DNA of 64,000 nt from Bugula neritina (taxonomy: Eukaryota; Animalia; Bryozoa), in contig OZ037772.1 in assembly GCA_964035545.1 (NCBI GenBank), positions 5,874,889-5,938,888 of the forward strand. The letters are read 5' to 3'. Numbering within the stretch: position 1 is the first letter of the stretch; every line of letters begins with the position of its first letter. The notes below the pieces were generated by a model that had not been told where the DNA came from, ran no database searches, and was given only the letters and a program-made list of their open reading frames with translations. This document shows positions 59,368 to 64,000 of this stretch, one piece after another. The translations under genes and the position numbers were made by a program.

Positions 59368-60619
59368 CTATTAGCTAAGCTTAGTAGAAAAACAAGTTTC
59401 TATAGGATAGTTCGTAATTTGACATATATACGTCAAGCATACATGAGCACATATATCTAAATGTAAACATACATTATTTTTACTACTGCGTAATAGTGAT
59501 GAAAGATGGTAGTAGTTGGGGAATATTATAGGACTGAAGATGGAAATTCCTGGGAATGAGAATCCGTCATTTGCAAATCTTGGCTTCTTTTAAATTTTGA
59601 TTGCTTCTTCAACGAATGCTATAGTGGGCTTAGTTAACCTCTATTGAAATTCTGGAAACAAGTGACCCTAGAAATTAGCTGGGTTTAGGAATAGCATTTG
59701 ACTATCACGTCAAATCACAGCATTGTGATTTGATTCAAACATTTTTTAATAGAGCAAAACTGCAAATTAATTTGTTTGCCAAAAGTACTTGGGGATAAAA
59801 CTAAGTAGTAGGATTAACATGAGTGAGTAATTCTTAAAATATGTATGACAAACTGTTAGTCTGTCTGTTCGTCTGTCTGTATGTCTATGTATACATCATC
59901 TTTATAATTTTTAGAAATGAAGCAAATTATTACAAGACAATTAAATATAAAATCACAGCTTATTTGATGAAAGTTTTACCAAGTATCAGTTGTTCCACGC
60001 CATTATAGAGAATAAATGTTGCATAAAATAATACTGCATAGAAATGATTTAGTAGTAATAACATCTATTTTAGCTATAGCTAATAAACATCAACACAGAA
60101 ACTCTCAGTCTATTATAAACAACTAAGCCAATCACAATATAATTTGCAGCCCATAAGTCCTGCAAACCATGAAAAAATCTTCTTGGTTTCAAATGGCTGC
60201 AAATATACTGTACATGTAATACTAATCATTTTGGAACAGCATTTCTTAGGGCAATCATACTGTGGGGAGTTGTCTTCACTGAAAATTAAGTCATAGAAGT
60301 CTATTTGTATAGCTATGAAACACTACAACCAGTTTTTATCAACACTGTTATTACACTAAGCAACCAAGGAATGTTGGAAGAAATGCAGAGAAAACTTCTC
60401 TACAAAAGATATATCAGCAAATGAATGTAACGGGTATAAGTAATAATGAGTTTAGAGTTTAATGGAACATTATACTTCCTTTGCTCAACTGGAACTGATA
60501 TTACAATTGTGGTGTATTTGTGCTGTGCACTATGTCATTTAACATAATATTATTATGAAATATTATTCCGTTACTGCAAGGATTGAAACAGTGAGAAATG
60601 GTGAGAATTATACTATATA

Positions 60620-60975
60620 CATTATATTATATAATATAATGTATAATAATTGTAATATAATATTTAATAATTTAATACAATATAATATAATGTAATATTA
60701 TAATATATAATATAATATAGTATATTATGATGTAATATAATATTTAATAATTTAATACAATATAATATAATGTAATATTATAATATATAATATAATGTAG
60801 TATATTATGATGTAATATAATATAATGTAATATTATAATATATAATATAATATAGTATATTATGATGTAATATAATATAATATTATATTATATTATATTA
60901 TATTATATTATATTATATTATATTATATTATATTATATTATATAATGAACTATAATATAATATAATTATATAATA
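60620..60975. repeat. (TATAA)n/(TATTA)n pentamer satellite with higher-order duplications
   Basis: Directly visible. Confidence 0.92.
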
Positions 60976-61597
60976 GCCAGTTTGTTCTGGTCGTAGGAAG
61001 CAAACTAACAAATTACTTTTATTACAATATTTGCCAGTTTCACTGCAAACTGAAACTCAAAAATAATTAACAAAGAATCAGAATATTGGAATCCCTTCTA
61101 CTGCAACTAAATACTAGAAAACTTGCAACAAATTGAGGTGGTTACAAAGGGTTGGTCACAGCGTGCCTCGTGTTACTACTCAAACAACCACTATGATTTA
61201 GCTACATCATAAAACAACTACTAAAAGTGCAGAAATTTTAATAAAACAAAGATAATGGTCACACTTTAAAGTTGTCTTGCTTCCAGTTTCATACAAGTGA
61301 AGAATTTAATTTATTACATAATTATAACGTAAATAAAACAACAGTGTTTGAAACTTTAAAATAGAAATCTATAATAATATTTTAAACTTGCCACTTTTCC
61401 AAAACTTAATTTGAGACAGCCATTATAGTAATACTTGAACAATTGCATTTCACGCGAAATTTTGAAGCTAAACCCTAAAATAGTATAAAGTTATTACATC
61501 ATTACGTGGTTTAGGCAAACAGGGATACGTCTATAGAATATAGACTCTATAAAGTCTAGAGTCTAGAATCTAGAGCTATGTGGTCTAGACTCTAGTG

Positions 61598-61814
61598 CAG
61601 GGCGGTGCAACAGGCGGCCCCAGGGCCAGATGTGGCCCCAGCCTACATTTATGCGGCCCTCGAATGCATAAAGCTAAAATTATTTTTTGCATGTATACAT
61701 CAATTAAAGTGAATTAAAACGGCCCCCAGCTCAAACTGAAGTTTACAATGTGGCCCTCGCTACCAGAATCTTCCCTTGCAGAGGCCTTCAGTCTAAAAAG
61801 GTTGGCCACCCCTG
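61598..61814. mobile_element. hAT (Charlie-like) MITE
   Basis: Termini CAGGGCGGTGCAAC / GTTGGCCACCCCTG; internal GCGGCCC-type subterminal motifs; near-perfect 8-bp TSD CTCTAGTG / CTCTAGTA. Confidence 0.8.
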
Positions 61815-62829
61815 CTCTAGTAGATAGAGCATTGACCTAGGTTTGTACTAAGTGACTGCAATTCAAGCATTTCAAGATTTCAAGCAGCTCCATTAGTGAT
61901 GTCAGGAAAAGCATCAGATCATAAAGGTAGGTATGGTGAGCTTGGGTAGAGAAAGAATTAATCCAGATACCCCAAACCAAAACTATCTAAGGAATCTAAA
62001 GAGCCTAAGCTATCATAAGTCATCAACCATAAATAATTAATTTCTTTTGCATTGCATCATCACAGTACCTAACCAATTGAAAAGTTTTTGAAATCAGGGG
62101 TTCTCACAGAAGTGGAGGGATTCTGACAAGGACGGAGTTTTGTTTTGGTTTTGTTTTATTGGAAACTCTACAGAAACTCTAGCTTGTTCAACAGAAATAG
62201 CTATAATCTACATATTACTCACAGAAATGACGAAGAGGGAGTTGTAGCGGTCTGGAGGCAGCATAGTAGCGGTTATGGTAGCGGCAGCAGGTAGTAGTAG
62301 CTGGTAACAATGGCGATGGTTGGTGTGCTGTCAGAGATAGCCATCGGCAGCGTAGTGGTAGTCGGTGACTGAAAGTTGCAGTAGAAGTTACAGAAGTACA
62401 TCCAACTTAGGAAAGAAGACTTCAAGGAAATATGGTGGCAAGAAGGTCAACAATGTGCATGGATGGAGATGAGAAGCTACTGTAATATCCGTATTTTATG
62501 CTATGACTGGGCAGAACAACTGCTGTCAAACATGAAAAAGACTGCAAGCTTGCTTTAATGGTTTTGACACAGAGCTCTAAAATTTGTTATTTTGCTGTTC
62601 AAATATCAAATTAATTTTAGACTGTGAGTAATCTAGTACTAGTTTATTATTATCAAAACACAGAAAAGCCTGGCAAGCATTTTATTTGGGAAAGTACAGT
62701 AGCTGCTAGATGACAATTTGATAACTACAAAATCACTACAGCTGGAGTGAGCATTCTTGCTTGTTTGGTTTGGCAGAATTATTTTCATATGAGAAAGTAT
62801 GCTGTGAGTGAATAGTAAGTTAGAGTGCT

Positions 62830-63075
62830 ACACGCAGGTAAAACATTTTATAGCCCAGTGAAAACTATATGCAAGGAAAAACATTATATAGTCCAGTTTT
62901 ATGTTTTATGCAGGTATAATTTGCACTATATTGTTCATGCAGTGAATATTGTAATATGCAGTACATTGTATAGTCCAGCAAATGCTTCCTGCAGGTAATA
63001 CATTATATAGTGCAGTTAATGCATGCCTGCGCATGCAGGTAAAATGTATTATATAGCTGTCACACACAGGTAATT
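62830..63075. repeat. Degenerate ~40-bp minisatellite (gcaggtaaaacattatatagtccagt...)
   Basis: About 6 imperfect units. Confidence 0.6.
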
Positions 63076-64000
63076 CCTTACAATTAGTTGATAGGAAACC
63101 AGGCTCAGAGTTTGAAAGAACTACAGCCGGCCCTTGCTAAAGCATTTGTTCCAAAACTTCTTATATCACTAAGTTTTTGAGGTAGGTACAGTAATGGAGA
63201 AATTGAAAAAAGCCTGAGTTCTAGATTAAAAATGTAGCAAAAGAAGTTATGCTCTCACAACAATTTCAACCCGCACTCAAACCCAAGTTTATAAAGAAAT
63301 TTAAAGAACTTAGGCTATCTCAATTTCTACACTACTGCTCCTAAATGAAGTTTTGGTTATTTTGCAGTCTTGCAGATAAGTATATGCGGAACAGACTAGA
63401 ACAAGAAAAGACAACTTTAAATCCCAAATTTCGAGGCTCATAGCATGTGTTGTGGAAGATAAAAGCCTAAGGCACATGGCTTGCACACAAAGCAATTCTC
63501 ATGAATCAATCAGTGTAGTTACAGTAGGAGATCTAGAAAAATTTATTCAAATTGATATAAAATATTCCAGTTTCATAATAAAAGAGATTTCGTCTGCTAG
63601 CATTATGCAGCATCATAATATATAATATATAATATATATATATATATAATAATATATAATATAACATACACATATAATAAAATTATTTACCAACATATAA
63701 ATACACATCTATATATCATCATTCTATAAAAAAATTCTCATAAGCATATATTCTATTAATAGACATCAAGTAAACCGGATGAACACAAAATAGTCAAAAA
63801 TAAAAAAATTGAAAAAACTTAAAAATGGAATGTAATAAAAAACACACTGATAGTTGATAATCTATAAACCAAAGATACAAATTTACACAAATGTACAGCA
63901 GGAACATATTTTATAAAATAGAATGTAAAGAATTGGAGTGAATCATCCTATGACACAATGACTCATCTAATCAGTTCGCCATCAAAGCTGAGTCACGCCT

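Noticed and set aside
62180-62460. GC-richer Gly/Ser-like stretch
   Set aside because: No sustained open frame or recognisable motif that I could support.

Overview
AT-rich, intron-containing animal genomic DNA, probably an invertebrate; a lophotrochozoan such as a bryozoan is my guess, not demonstrated. There are no prokaryotic features. Splicing by hand (GT-AG sites and exon phases checked) gives a cluster of secreted and cell-surface recognition genes: (1) a three-Ig-like / Thr-rich mucin / probable GPI protein (+, 1585-8470); (2) a small signal+PAN/Apple ORF (-); (3) a secreted two-WSC-domain protein (-, 14430-11753); (4) a tandem family of signal-PAN-F-type-lectin genes, comprising an intact copy A (38790-40539), copy B (42880-48713) interrupted by an LTR element, and an orphan last exon at 16420; (5) a ~2,100-aa type-I membrane protein (-, 57683-49962) with an NHL beta-propeller, a 5.1-kb single-exon mucin stalk, a TM helix and a tail with ENIYAEI, IDYSAV (ITIM consensus) and YSIP motifs. 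The most striking object is a young Ty3/Gypsy (Mag-like) LTR element at 43848-47268. It has 195-bp LTRs with 2 mismatches, a 5-bp TSD confirmed by the empty paralogous site, a PBS and a PPT, and its single intact ORF encodes Gag-protease-integrase with reverse transcriptase and RNase H cleanly absent. Also present are a decayed R4/Dong-like non-LTR element within a multi-kb degenerate (TAA)n field, tRNA-derived SINEs with TSDs, several MITEs and microsatellites.
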